From Rhodothermales bacterium (lineage in GTDB: Bacteria; Bacteroidota; Rhodothermia; Rhodothermales; VXPQ01): DNA of 64,000 bases. The notes under the pieces were generated by a model that was not told where the DNA came from, did no database searches, and saw only the letters and a list, made by a program, of their open reading frames with translations. Both the position numbers and the translations under genes were made by a program. Shown here piece after piece: positions 10,274 through 19,575 of this stretch; within the stretch, counting starts at the first letter, position 1, and every line of letters begins with the position of its first letter. The stretch lies in assembly GCA_040904565.1 (NCBI GenBank), contig JBBDTI010000031.1, forward strand, positions 71,056-135,055, read 5' to 3'.

Positions 10274-10936
10274 ATGAGTATCGAGCTGGCCGGCAGGGAG
10301 GTCGAACTGGACGGGCGAGAGGTGCGCGTTGTGGGATGCCTCATCGAAAAGGAGTTGAGCACGCCGGACTACTATCCGATGACGGTGAATGCGCTGACGG
10401 CTGCGTGCAACCAGAAGACGAATCGCGAGCCGGTAGTAGCGTATTCGGAGTCCGAAGTCAGAGATACGCTCGATCAACTTCAGCGAAACCGGCTGGTGGG
10501 CTCCGCTTCGAGTCCGCATGCGAGAACCGGCAAATATCGTCATGCGCTGGCGGAGATGCTGGATCTCGCGGAATCGCATCTCGCCATACTATCGTCGCTC
10601 ATGCTGCGGGGGCCGCAGACGGCCGGAGAGCTCCGTTTGAGAACGAGCCGCATGCACGCGTTCGAATCACTGGAAGCGGTCGATGCCGTACTGGACGAGC
10701 TGGCGGCGCGCGACCCATCCCTTGTCGCCGAGCTTCCCGTGCGCCCGGGGCAGAAAGAAGCGAGATTCATCCACCTGTTTTCCGGACGGGACGAAATCGA
10801 GCGCGAGCTCCAGCCGACGGACGCTCGTGACGATGGCGGGCGTATCGAAGAGCTGGCGCGAGACCTCGATGAGCTTCGGGAATCGGTCTCCCGGCTGGAG
10901 GATGAGTTACGAGCGTTCAAGAAACAATTCGAGTAG
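10274..10936 (+). CDS. YceH/DUF480 family protein
   Basis: RVVGCLIEKELSTPDYYPMTVNALTAACNQKTNREPV, LMLRGPQTAGELR, PGQKEARFIHL. Confidence 0.9.
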   Translation: MSIELAGREVELDGREVRVVGCLIEKELSTPDYYPMTVNALTAACNQKTNREPVVAYSESEVRDTLDQLQRNRLVGSASSPHARTGKYRHALAEMLDLAESHLAILSSLMLRGPQTAGELRLRTSRMHAFESLEAVDAVLDELAARDPSLVAELPVRPGQKEARFIHLFSGRDEIERELQPTDARDDGGRIEELARDLDELRESVSRLEDELRAFKKQFE

Positions 10937-10990
10937 AATGCCCACGACGACGGGCGCGCGTAGGCCGAGTGGCGGTGCCGGAGAAGGCAA

Positions 10991-11488
10991 ATGAGAGTCA
11001 AGATATTTACGACCGGCGGGACGATCGACAAGACGTACTTCGACGCGCGAAGCGAGTACGAGGTGGGAGAACCTCAGATCGTCGACATCCTCAAGATCGC
11101 GAACGTCGGCGTCGACTACGAGATCGAGATCCTCATGCGCAAGGACAGCCTGGACCTGACGGAAAACGATCGCGAGCTGATCGGACGCCATGTCGAAGAA
11201 GAGCCGTGCCGCAACGTGCTGATTACGCACGGTACGGACACGATGGTCGCGACCGCCGGACGACTCACGGCGGTGCCCGACAAGACGATCGTGCTGGTCG
11301 GTTCTCTATCGCCGGCCCGCTTTAAGAACAGCGATGCCGAGTTCAATATCGGGTTTGCATTCGCTGCCGTCCAGACGCTGGCTCCCGGCGTCTATATCGC
11401 GATGAACGGACAGGTCTTCCCGGCCACGCGCGTTCGGAAGAACCGCGAACGAAATCGATTTGAGATCGCGGCCGGCGATACGGACTGA
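10991..11488 (+). CDS. Short-chain (N-terminal domain only) L-asparaginase
   Basis: TTGGTIDK and ITHGTDTM catalytic motifs; only 165 aa. Confidence 0.88.
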   Translation: MRVKIFTTGGTIDKTYFDARSEYEVGEPQIVDILKIANVGVDYEIEILMRKDSLDLTENDRELIGRHVEEEPCRNVLITHGTDTMVATAGRLTAVPDKTIVLVGSLSPARFKNSDAEFNIGFAFAAVQTLAPGVYIAMNGQVFPATRVRKNRERNRFEIAAGDTD

Positions 11489-11552
11489 TGCCTCGTGACG
11501 TACCTCGCGTTTACGTGAACGTAGACGTGCGTCACAAAACACCAGTCGAACG

Positions 11553-11825
11553 CTACGGCTTCTCCGTCGCCACGAAGTCCGCCCGCTCGCCCGCGGGCGT
11601 AGACGTTATATTCGTGATTTCCACGCTGAAAGTCTTCTCCTTCTCTCGACTGCGATCGTACAGGATGCCACTGAACGTGACTTCGTCATCCTCATCGATA
11701 TTGGAGATGTTCTCACCGAAGAAAACGCCCTGATACTTCTTTCCGAAAACGGTTTTCTTCGAGAAAGAAAAGCCCTCTCCTTCGATATCTTCGAGCGTGG
11801 CGTCGTGGAGGTCGTAGAGACTCAT
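11553..11825 (-). CDS. Small acidic hypothetical protein
   Basis: MSLYDLHDATLEDIEGEGFSFSKKTVFGKKYQGVFFG...ERADFVATEKP has protein-like composition; no family recognised. Confidence 0.7.
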   Translation of the reverse strand: MSLYDLHDATLEDIEGEGFSFSKKTVFGKKYQGVFFGENISNIDEDDEVTFSGILYDRSREKEKTFSVEITNITSTPAGERADFVATEKP

Positions 11826-12361
11826 GCTACCGGTATCATTCGTTCGACTCACGTACAGGTCGCGGGTGCAGACGCGTCGCCGTTGCCCGCGCTAATCATT
11901 TCTTGTATGCACTTCTCTGTCTCAATGGTCCGGTTATCGGTACGACGTCGTGCACCATTGACGTTCGGTGAAAGAGCGTCGGCCGGACTTTTCAGGCACC
12001 GCCCCAGACGGTCAATCGGAAATTGATGCCGCCAATCGATCGAAAACCGTCGCAACATGAGACGATCCATCATGCGCGTCCCCTGCGGCACGGTAGCTGA
12101 AAGACGGTCTCGGCCCGCGTGAAGGCGACGAGTGTCGGGGTGCGTTGATGAGTCGATCTTCCGTAAGTCCTTGCTTAACAACGTGTTTTGTTTGGTGGCG
12201 GCGCGCTGGTTGCGGCGAAATGTCCGGTCGTGGTGACGTGCTGCCTACGCGTGCACCCAAACATGGTATGAAGATTGTATGACGGATACTGTGGCAAACG
12301 GAGTCGTCGATTCATTAGAATTTGAGCGTCGAAATGGGCGGAAGCTACGGAGTGCTGATTC

Positions 12362-14083
12362 ATGGGTAACAGCTACAGTACGTTGTATCGACAGTCGATG
12401 GGCCTGTTATCCAGGCCGAAGTACGTCGTCGATCGAGTTCGAAGGGTCGCCGGAGATGCACAGGTTGCATCCAGCTTGACGAGGAGCCGGGTGCAGCTCT
12501 CGAGGCTGGTCCTGCTTGCGATGGTCGTCCTGTTCCTCGCGTTCAGTGCAGTGCTGTACGTGACGGATGTAAACGGTGTGCGAGCGTTCTGGCCCGAGGT
12601 CATCCTCGTCGTTAGCCAGTTCGCCGCACTGGCCGCGTCGTACACCGTCCCTTTCGTACGCCGTTTCATCAGCGACCTCATTCGCGCATTCTGCTTCATG
12701 ACGGCCGCCCTTTTCGTGATGCTCGCGGCGGCCAACGGATTCGGTTCCAACTATGCTCTTGGACTTCTCTTCGTCATTCCCGGCCTTGGAGCCGGATACG
12801 GTGCCGTTACGCGCTCTCCACGGTCGCTTGCGACGTTCTTCGGCATCGTGTGCGTAGGGGCGATAAGTGCATGCCTTCTTACAGCGGGTGCTACGGCAAG
12901 CACGGTCCTGTTTACGATCTCCCTCGTGTGCATCTCCGTGCTGACTTTGTTTGTCGCCGCCGGCTGGCTCAACGCCCGCGAGCGGTATCTGGCCAGTGAG
13001 GAGCGCTACCGGGCCGTCGTCGAGGAGGCCTCGGATGGTATCTTCATGCTCGACCCCGATACGTTCGACGTCCTCGACGCTAACCGCGCCTTCTGCGAGA
13101 TGCTCGCCGTGTCGCGCGCCGACCTGAGATCGGTTCGGATCAGTGACTATTTCGAGCGTACGTGCGGCATGGATCAGGGGGAGCGTTCGCTGTTTGACAG
13201 GGCCGCGAACAGGGTAGAATGTGTCATCCATCGGTCGGACGGATCGAACTTATTCGGAGATCTGAAGATCGACCGGATACGCCACGAGGGCGGAGACGTG
13301 TTGAGCGTCGTCGTGCACGACGTTACCTCCCATAAGGAACATGAGGAACGACTTCGGAAGGCTAAGGAGGGGGCGGAAGAAATTGCCCGCTTTAAGTCGG
13401 CACTGCTCGCCAACATGAGCCACGAGATTCGTACGCCGCTGAGCAGTATACTCGGTTGGACGTCCGTGTTGGGCAAGGAGGTGACCGACGAGCAGCGGGA
13501 GGTGGTTCGACTCATCGAACGAAGTGGAAAGCGGTTGCACAACACGCTGGATTCCGTGTTGGAGCTGGCGCACCTGCAGGCCAACGTCAAGAAGGTGTCG
13601 CCCGTTCGCTTCGATCTGCGGGAGACGGTCCGACAGGCGGCCGAGCGGTCACGGCCGGAGATCCAGCAAAAGGGACTTGCATTGACGATCGGTGGCAACG
13701 ACGATCCAATGTGGGTCGAGTCGGACCCCGCTTGTCTTCAGCGTGTACTCATGCACCTGCTCGACAATGCAGTGAAGTTTACGCACGCCGGCCGCATTTC
13801 CGTCAAGACGGAGCGCCGCGGCGCGGAGATCGCGGTGTCCGTGACGGATACGGGCATCGGTATCGCGGAGGATTTCATACCCGCCGCCTTCGACGAATTC
13901 AGGCAGCAGTCGGTCGGACTACGGCGTGCGCACGAGGGGAATGGTCTGGGCCTGTCGCTCGCGCGCCGGCTGACGGACCTCCTGGGCGGTCGGGTGAACG
14001 TAGAGTCCGAACAGGGTGTCGGGACGACGATTACGGTGTATCTTCCGGCAGGCATGCTGTCCTCCCGGCGCCTCTGCGCCTGA
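12362..14083 (+). CDS. Membrane-bound PAS sensor histidine kinase (start uncertain)
   Basis: About 6 TM segments, PAS (YRAVVEEASDGIF...DANRAFCEML), H-box NMSHEIRTPL, N-box LLDNAVKFT, G-boxes DTGIGI and GNGLGL. Confidence 0.9.
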   Translation: MGNSYSTLYRQSMGLLSRPKYVVDRVRRVAGDAQVASSLTRSRVQLSRLVLLAMVVLFLAFSAVLYVTDVNGVRAFWPEVILVVSQFAALAASYTVPFVRRFISDLIRAFCFMTAALFVMLAAANGFGSNYALGLLFVIPGLGAGYGAVTRSPRSLATFFGIVCVGAISACLLTAGATASTVLFTISLVCISVLTLFVAAGWLNARERYLASEERYRAVVEEASDGIFMLDPDTFDVLDANRAFCEMLAVSRADLRSVRISDYFERTCGMDQGERSLFDRAANRVECVIHRSDGSNLFGDLKIDRIRHEGGDVLSVVVHDVTSHKEHEERLRKAKEGAEEIARFKSALLANMSHEIRTPLSSILGWTSVLGKEVTDEQREVVRLIERSGKRLHNTLDSVLELAHLQANVKKVSPVRFDLRETVRQAAERSRPEIQQKGLALTIGGNDDPMWVESDPACLQRVLMHLLDNAVKFTHAGRISVKTERRGAEIAVSVTDTGIGIAEDFIPAAFDEFRQQSVGLRRAHEGNGLGLSLARRLTDLLGGRVNVESEQGVGTTITVYLPAGMLSSRRLCA

Positions 14084-14122
14084 TCGGATGCCGTTACCTC
14101 ATCAATTGTCCGCTCTGACGCG

Positions 14123-14962
14123 ATGCTTCCAACCGTGGCGGCCGCCTTTCGACTCGTTCGGCCGCTCAACATCACCATTATCCTGGCCGGTGTAGCGGCA
14201 GGAGTGATTCTTTCCAACGGATCGGTCGTGCTTCCCGCGGAGATTCTGGCTGCCGGCGGACTCGCGGCGGCGGCGGCCGTGCTTGTAGCCGCCGGTGGGA
14301 ATGCCCTCAACGATGTCGTTGACCTGCAGATCGATGCCGTCCACAAGGCGGATCGTCCACTCCCATCGGGACGCATCTCCATCCGGGCTGCCCGCCTGGT
14401 CTGGATGCTGACGACTCTGGCGGGAGTGCTGCTGGGCGCGATCGTTTCGGGACTGCACCTGGGCCTGGCCATCCTGGCCGCCGTCCTGCTCTACGTCTAC
14501 AGCACGAAGCTCAAGGGGCGGCCGTTTCTGGGCAACGCTACCGTGGCTTTCGTCGTCGGACTGGCCCTCCTCTACGGAGGCCTGGTTGCGGCATCTCCCG
14601 AGCACGCCGTCGTGGGTGCCGTGTTTGCGTTTCTTACGACGTTCTCCCGCGAGGTGATCAAAGACGTAGAAGACATGGAAGCGGATGCTTCGGCCGGACT
14701 CCGAACCGCACCTGTCGTGTACGGCGTCGCCGTTGCACGTTACGTTTCCGTGGGGGGTGTACTGCTCACCGTGCTGCTCACGCCGATACCTTTTCTCTGG
14801 ATGGATTACGGCCCGCTGTTTCTTTTACTTGTGCTTCTGGCGGACCTCCTGCTGCTTCGATGCGTCTGGATTTCCCCCGACCGTCCAGAGGACGCGGCGG
14901 CGGCGAGTGCCTGGCTGAAATGGGGGATGGTCGTAGGCATTGCGGCGCTCATTGCGGCATGA
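14123..14962 (+). CDS. UbiA-family prenyltransferase, DGGGP synthase-like
   Basis: LVRPLN, NALNDVVDLQIDAVHKADRPLPSGRIS, YSTKLK, REVIKDVEDMEAD. Confidence 0.82.
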   Translation: MLPTVAAAFRLVRPLNITIILAGVAAGVILSNGSVVLPAEILAAGGLAAAAAVLVAAGGNALNDVVDLQIDAVHKADRPLPSGRISIRAARLVWMLTTLAGVLLGAIVSGLHLGLAILAAVLLYVYSTKLKGRPFLGNATVAFVVGLALLYGGLVAASPEHAVVGAVFAFLTTFSREVIKDVEDMEADASAGLRTAPVVYGVAVARYVSVGGVLLTVLLTPIPFLWMDYGPLFLLLVLLADLLLLRCVWISPDRPEDAAAASAWLKWGMVVGIAALIAA

Positions 14963-15041
14963 CGATCCTATTGGATCGGTCTGCGTTCCACCGGCGGAAC
15001 GTGCTCCATACCCATCTGCTCTTCTTCACGCGTATCTACCC

Positions 15042-16265
15042 ATGACGACCTACGACGTGATCGTCGCCGGTGCCGGCCCGGGAGGAGCCACGGCGGCCGC
15101 CGTAGCCGCCCGAGCGGGATTGCGAGTCCTCCTTGTGGATCGTGCGCGGTTTCCGCGCGACAAGGTTTGCGGTGACGCGCTGAGCGGTAAGACGGTTGAT
15201 GTAATGAATAGACTCGGGATCACGGATGCCGTCGCGACGGCATCTTCCGTCGATTCATGGGGCGTCCTGTTCGGGAGTCCGGGTGGCAGCGAAGTCGTCA
15301 TTCCGTTTGCGGAGCCGAACGACGAGATGGATCCACCCGGATACCTTTGCGCCCGCGAGATCTTCGACGAACTCGTAGTGCAGTGTGCCGTGGAGGAAGG
15401 CGCGGATCTGTGCGAGCAGACCGTGGTAGAGGGACTCATCCGGTCGGGAGAGCGCGTGACGGGGGTTCGATTGCGCGAGGGCACGTCGCGCCGCGACGAA
15501 CACGCTCGAGTCGTCATCGGCGCCGACGGTGCATATTCGGCCGTGGCACGGGCCCTTGGCTTCGTACAGCTGGATGCGCGGCATTACTACGCGGGCGTTC
15601 GAGGCTATTACCGCGGGGTGACCGGCTTCCGCCCGGGCAACGTGATCGAGCTGCACTTTGTGGAGGAGGCTATTCCGGGCTACTTCTGGATTTTTCCGAT
15701 GGCTGACGGCATGGTAAACGTCGGCATGGGCACGCTGAGCGCGCGCATCAAGCGGAAGGACGTCAGGCTCAAAGAAGTGCTCCGGACCACGGTGGAAAGT
15801 CCGCGCTTCCGGGCCCGTTTCGAACGGTCGGAACGGATCGGCCCCGTACGTGGATGGGGCATGCCGCTGGGTTCGTCGCCGCGCCCGATGGCCGGCGCCG
15901 GATGGATGCTCGTCGGCGACGCTGCCAGTCTGATCGATCCGTTTACGGGGGAGGGGATCGGTAATGCCATGCTCTCGGGCGAGATGGCGGGCAGATGGGC
16001 CGCGCGAGCCCGGGAGGCGGATGACGCGAGCGCTGCGTTCCTTCAATCGTATGAACGTGACGTTCACCGAGCCCTCGATGCGGAATTACGGCTCAGCTAT
16101 ACGCTGCGCCGCCTCGAACGATGGCGGTGGCTTCTCGATACCGTCATCCGAAAGGCGGAACGTAATCCGGAGGTCGCGTGGACCATCAGCAGCATGTTTA
16201 ACGATCTCGGCGCACGCGAGCGTCTGACCTCTCCCTTATTTTATCTCCGATTATTGATGTCCTGA
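15042..16265 (+). CDS. Geranylgeranyl reductase family FAD oxidoreductase
   Basis: YDVIVAGAGPGG, FPRDKVCGD, GYFWIFP, VGDAASLIDPFTGEGIGNAM. Confidence 0.88.
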   Translation: MTTYDVIVAGAGPGGATAAAVAARAGLRVLLVDRARFPRDKVCGDALSGKTVDVMNRLGITDAVATASSVDSWGVLFGSPGGSEVVIPFAEPNDEMDPPGYLCAREIFDELVVQCAVEEGADLCEQTVVEGLIRSGERVTGVRLREGTSRRDEHARVVIGADGAYSAVARALGFVQLDARHYYAGVRGYYRGVTGFRPGNVIELHFVEEAIPGYFWIFPMADGMVNVGMGTLSARIKRKDVRLKEVLRTTVESPRFRARFERSERIGPVRGWGMPLGSSPRPMAGAGWMLVGDAASLIDPFTGEGIGNAMLSGEMAGRWAARAREADDASAAFLQSYERDVHRALDAELRLSYTLRRLERWRWLLDTVIRKAERNPEVAWTISSMFNDLGARERLTSPLFYLRLLMS

Positions 16266-16342
16266 CGAGGTCCAGGCCGGCGGATGCTCCGCCTGTGCCA
16301 TGAGGCCTCGGTGGAACGATCAGACCGCCTCTTCGCCGCTCG

Positions 16343-17545
16343 ATGACCATGACCACTGCCGTTTATTTTTTTGCCGTTCCGGCTGCCACCTATCTCACGC
16401 TCGTCGCTGCCGGTGCCGTGGGATTCCGGCGGACGGGGATGGCGGTGCCTTCGCGAGGGGGCGATGGGTCGCTCCCGTCGGTCAGCGTCGTCAACCCGGC
16501 TCGCAATGAGGAAGGCGCCATCCGCGCCTGCATCGAATCCGTCCTGGCGAACGAGTATCCGGACGACCGGTTGGAGGTCATCGTCGTCGACGATGGTTCG
16601 GAAGATCGAACGCCGGTCATCGTGCGGCAGATGGCCGGCCGCCGGAGACGTGCTGCCGCCGGGTACGAACCGGACGAAACGGGCCTCAATGCGGGCGGCG
16701 AGATCCTCAGGCTGGTGAACGTTTCGCACGATCCGGACCAGCGGATCGCGCACAAGAAGGAGGCGCTTCGCCGCGGGGTCGAGGCGTCCAGGGGGAGGAT
16801 CATCCTGACGACCGACGCCGATTGCAGGGTCGAGCCGACGTGGATCCGGGCAATGGTCGACCGTTTCGACGACGACACGGGCATGGTTACGGGCCCCGTC
16901 CTGTATCGTCGCGACGGCTCGTTTTTTGGAGACGTGCAGGCTCTCGAGTTCCTCGGACTCGTTGCCCTGGGAGGCGGGCTGGCCGCCGTCGGCCGCCCGC
17001 ATCTGTGCAACAGCGCAAACCTCGCGTATCGCCGCGAGGTGTATGAAGAGATCGGTGGCTACGAAGAACTCGGACACGTTTCGACGGGGGACGATGAAAT
17101 GCTCATGCATCGCGTGGCGTTCGATACGTCGTGGAAGGTGCGTACCTGCATGCAGGCGGAGGCCGTCGTGGAGACCGAGGCAAATCAATCCCTGAAGGAA
17201 TTCTTTCAGCAGCGCCGCCGCTGGGCGTCCGCCCATGCCAGATATCCGCACGTCCATCTCGTCGTCATCAGCGTTCTGTGCTACATCTTCTACGTCGGAC
17301 TGGCAGGCGGACTGGCTGCTGCGCTGTTTTGGCCGGATGTGCGAGGGATCGTAGCCCTGTCGTTCGTGTTGAAAGGTGCCATAGAAGCATCCCTCCTCGT
17401 CCCAGCATCAACGCGGTTCGAGCGAACTGCGTTGATGCGTCTTTTCATTCCCGCACAGTTCCTTCAGATCATCTACGTTCTGGTGATCGGTGTCGCCGGA
17501 ACGTTCGGAAGCTATGAATGGAAGGGACGCCGCGTACCGCGGTAG
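16343..17545 (+). CDS. Membrane-associated glycosyltransferase family 2
   Basis: VVNPARNEE, VDDGSEDRT, TTDAD, GDD and QRRRW motifs; TM helices at both ends. Confidence 0.9.
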   Translation: MTMTTAVYFFAVPAATYLTLVAAGAVGFRRTGMAVPSRGGDGSLPSVSVVNPARNEEGAIRACIESVLANEYPDDRLEVIVVDDGSEDRTPVIVRQMAGRRRRAAAGYEPDETGLNAGGEILRLVNVSHDPDQRIAHKKEALRRGVEASRGRIILTTDADCRVEPTWIRAMVDRFDDDTGMVTGPVLYRRDGSFFGDVQALEFLGLVALGGGLAAVGRPHLCNSANLAYRREVYEEIGGYEELGHVSTGDDEMLMHRVAFDTSWKVRTCMQAEAVVETEANQSLKEFFQQRRRWASAHARYPHVHLVVISVLCYIFYVGLAGGLAAALFWPDVRGIVALSFVLKGAIEASLLVPASTRFERTALMRLFIPAQFLQIIYVLVIGVAGTFGSYEWKGRRVPR

Positions 17546-17569
17546 TAAGGCGAACTCTCGAACACCCGC

Positions 17570-18103
17570 ATGTCCGACAGCACGAGATTCGACGTAGCAG
17601 TCGTTGAGAAGGCCCGCAAGGGAGACGACGCGGCCCTGCGAACGGTCGTGGAAAAGGTCGAGCCGATGCTGCGGGCCTATTTCACGTCGCGTATAGGCCG
17701 ACGTTCGGAAGTCGACGATCTGGTGCAGAATACGCTCGTCCGCCTGCATCGCGGCATCAGCGACCTCAATGACGCCAGACGATTGAAGTCGTTCACGATG
17801 AAGGCAGCCGTATTCGAGCTGCAGGACTACTATCGCGGGAGGTACCGTGCGAAAGAGCACCTCTACGATCCCGATCATCCGCCCACCGCTGCCTCTTCGT
17901 CGGAGCCACCGGCCGGCACCCACTACGATTTCGAGCGGGTGATGAGCATTCTGTCCGACAAGGCCCGCACTATTCTCGAGATGCGCGAGTACGGCTATCT
18001 GTATGCCGAGATCGCTGATGCACTCGACACCACGGAGGCTGCCGTGAAAATGCAGGTCAAGCGGGCGTTCGAGAAGCTTCGTGAGACGTTCGATGACACC
18101 TGA
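17570..18103 (+). CDS. ECF RNA polymerase sigma factor
   Basis: Region 2 (VDDLVQNTLVRL) and region 4 HTH (YAEIADALDTTEAAVKMQVKRA); precedes a FecR gene. Confidence 0.88.
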   Translation: MSDSTRFDVAVVEKARKGDDAALRTVVEKVEPMLRAYFTSRIGRRSEVDDLVQNTLVRLHRGISDLNDARRLKSFTMKAAVFELQDYYRGRYRAKEHLYDPDHPPTAASSSEPPAGTHYDFERVMSILSDKARTILEMREYGYLYAEIADALDTTEAAVKMQVKRAFEKLRETFDDT

Positions 18104-18254
18104 ACTGGAAAAACTCCGTTACCTTTCGCGCGCTTCTGGCGGCTTACAAGAAGCACGAGCTACGGCTAGATCTGCCTCCGCCGGGGTGTCGTGCCGCCAT
18201 CGATACGTATGTGTCGATATCCATTTATCGATTTTCCACCCGCAAGGCTAGCTA

Positions 18255-19457
18255 ATGGACCCCTCGATCGAACATATCGTCTTCTACGACGATTTGTCTG
18301 CCGAGCAGACGGGCGAGTTGCGACGGATCGTTGCCATCGATCCGGAGGCGGAAGCCCTGCTGCTCCGCTGGCGCGCCGTTCGGACGGAGCTCGCGCGTGC
18401 GCTCAATACAGATATGGTGGACCGGGAGGTCTTTCTCCTTTACGTCCTCTCGCGGCACGGGCGCAGTCGTTCGCTTTCGCCTGCTGAACGAGACCGCGTC
18501 GAAGAGGCCGCTCCCGAGATCGAGAAGGCGCTCCGCCGCCGTTCGAGCCTGTCGATAATTGCAAAGCAGGTGCGTTCGGACGTAGAGGCGTTTGAGGCGA
18601 TCTGGAGCGACTGGTTTGACGACACGGATGCAACGAAAGGCGACGGGCGTTCTGCATCGCCGCGACGTGCCGTTCGCCGCGCTCGTCCGGCCGTTGCTCG
18701 ACGCTCCGGCGCGCGACGCTGGGTCGTTCGCGCAGGAATTGGAGTTACTTTCGCCGTTTTTGCGGCGCTCCTTATTCTTGTAGGTCAGCGTGAGTTCGCC
18801 TCTGAGACGATAACGACGGCGCCGGGTGAGGTGCACGTGGTAGAAATCGGTGGTGGCTCGGTCGTCCGCATGCTCGGCGATTCCCGCCTCACGTACGTCC
18901 CTCCGGGAAGGGGCTTCCTGGTGGATCGGCAAGCCGCGTTCGAGGGGCGGGGGTTTTTCGACATCGCGCCGGCGGCTCGGGGGTTTGTATTGAAGACGCC
19001 GAACGCTCAGGCCGTGGTGCTGGGTACGTCCTTCGGGGTGCAGGCGGACGAAAATGTGACCGAGGTCGTGCTTTCGCAAGGAAGCCTGTCACTGGCATCT
19101 CGCCAGACGCCGGACCGTGTCGTGGTGCTGTCATCCGGCCAGCTGAGCCGGGTCGCCGCCTCGCAGCTCCCGTCGGACCCCGTCGACGTGCGCGTACACG
19201 ATCGGCTGGCATGGACCGGGCTGTTCGTGTTCAGGGCCACGACGGTCCGAGACATCCTGACGACGTTGAACCAGGCATACGACGTCCCGTTGACGGCGGA
19301 CGAGCCCCTTCTGGAGGAACGCGTGACGGGCCGGTTCGAACGGACGCAGACGCTCGACGATATCCTCGATGTGATCGCGGCCTCCGTAGGAGCCCGGGTG
19401 GAAGCGACATCGGAGGGAGCCTATCGCCTCGCCGCCTCCCCGTCACCACGCCGGTAG
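18255..19457 (+). CDS. FecR-family anti-sigma factor
   Basis: Single TM helix, FecR domain (GSVVRM...EGRGFFDI...VLGTSFGV), C-terminal LAWTGLFVFRATTVRDIL...RVTGRF. Confidence 0.88.
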   Translation: MDPSIEHIVFYDDLSAEQTGELRRIVAIDPEAEALLLRWRAVRTELARALNTDMVDREVFLLYVLSRHGRSRSLSPAERDRVEEAAPEIEKALRRRSSLSIIAKQVRSDVEAFEAIWSDWFDDTDATKGDGRSASPRRAVRRARPAVARRSGARRWVVRAGIGVTFAVFAALLILVGQREFASETITTAPGEVHVVEIGGGSVVRMLGDSRLTYVPPGRGFLVDRQAAFEGRGFFDIAPAARGFVLKTPNAQAVVLGTSFGVQADENVTEVVLSQGSLSLASRQTPDRVVVLSSGQLSRVAASQLPSDPVDVRVHDRLAWTGLFVFRATTVRDILTTLNQAYDVPLTADEPLLEERVTGRFERTQTLDDILDVIAASVGARVEATSEGAYRLAASPSPRR

Positions 19458-19575
19458 AACGTGAAGGCCCGGTCGGCGCGCGCACGACAGCCGGCCACGC
19501 CCCGTTGAACAGCGACCGTCCCAGGATTATCTTTTGCCCCAGCCGAACTGGCGGCAAATCAATATCGTGGGCGGT

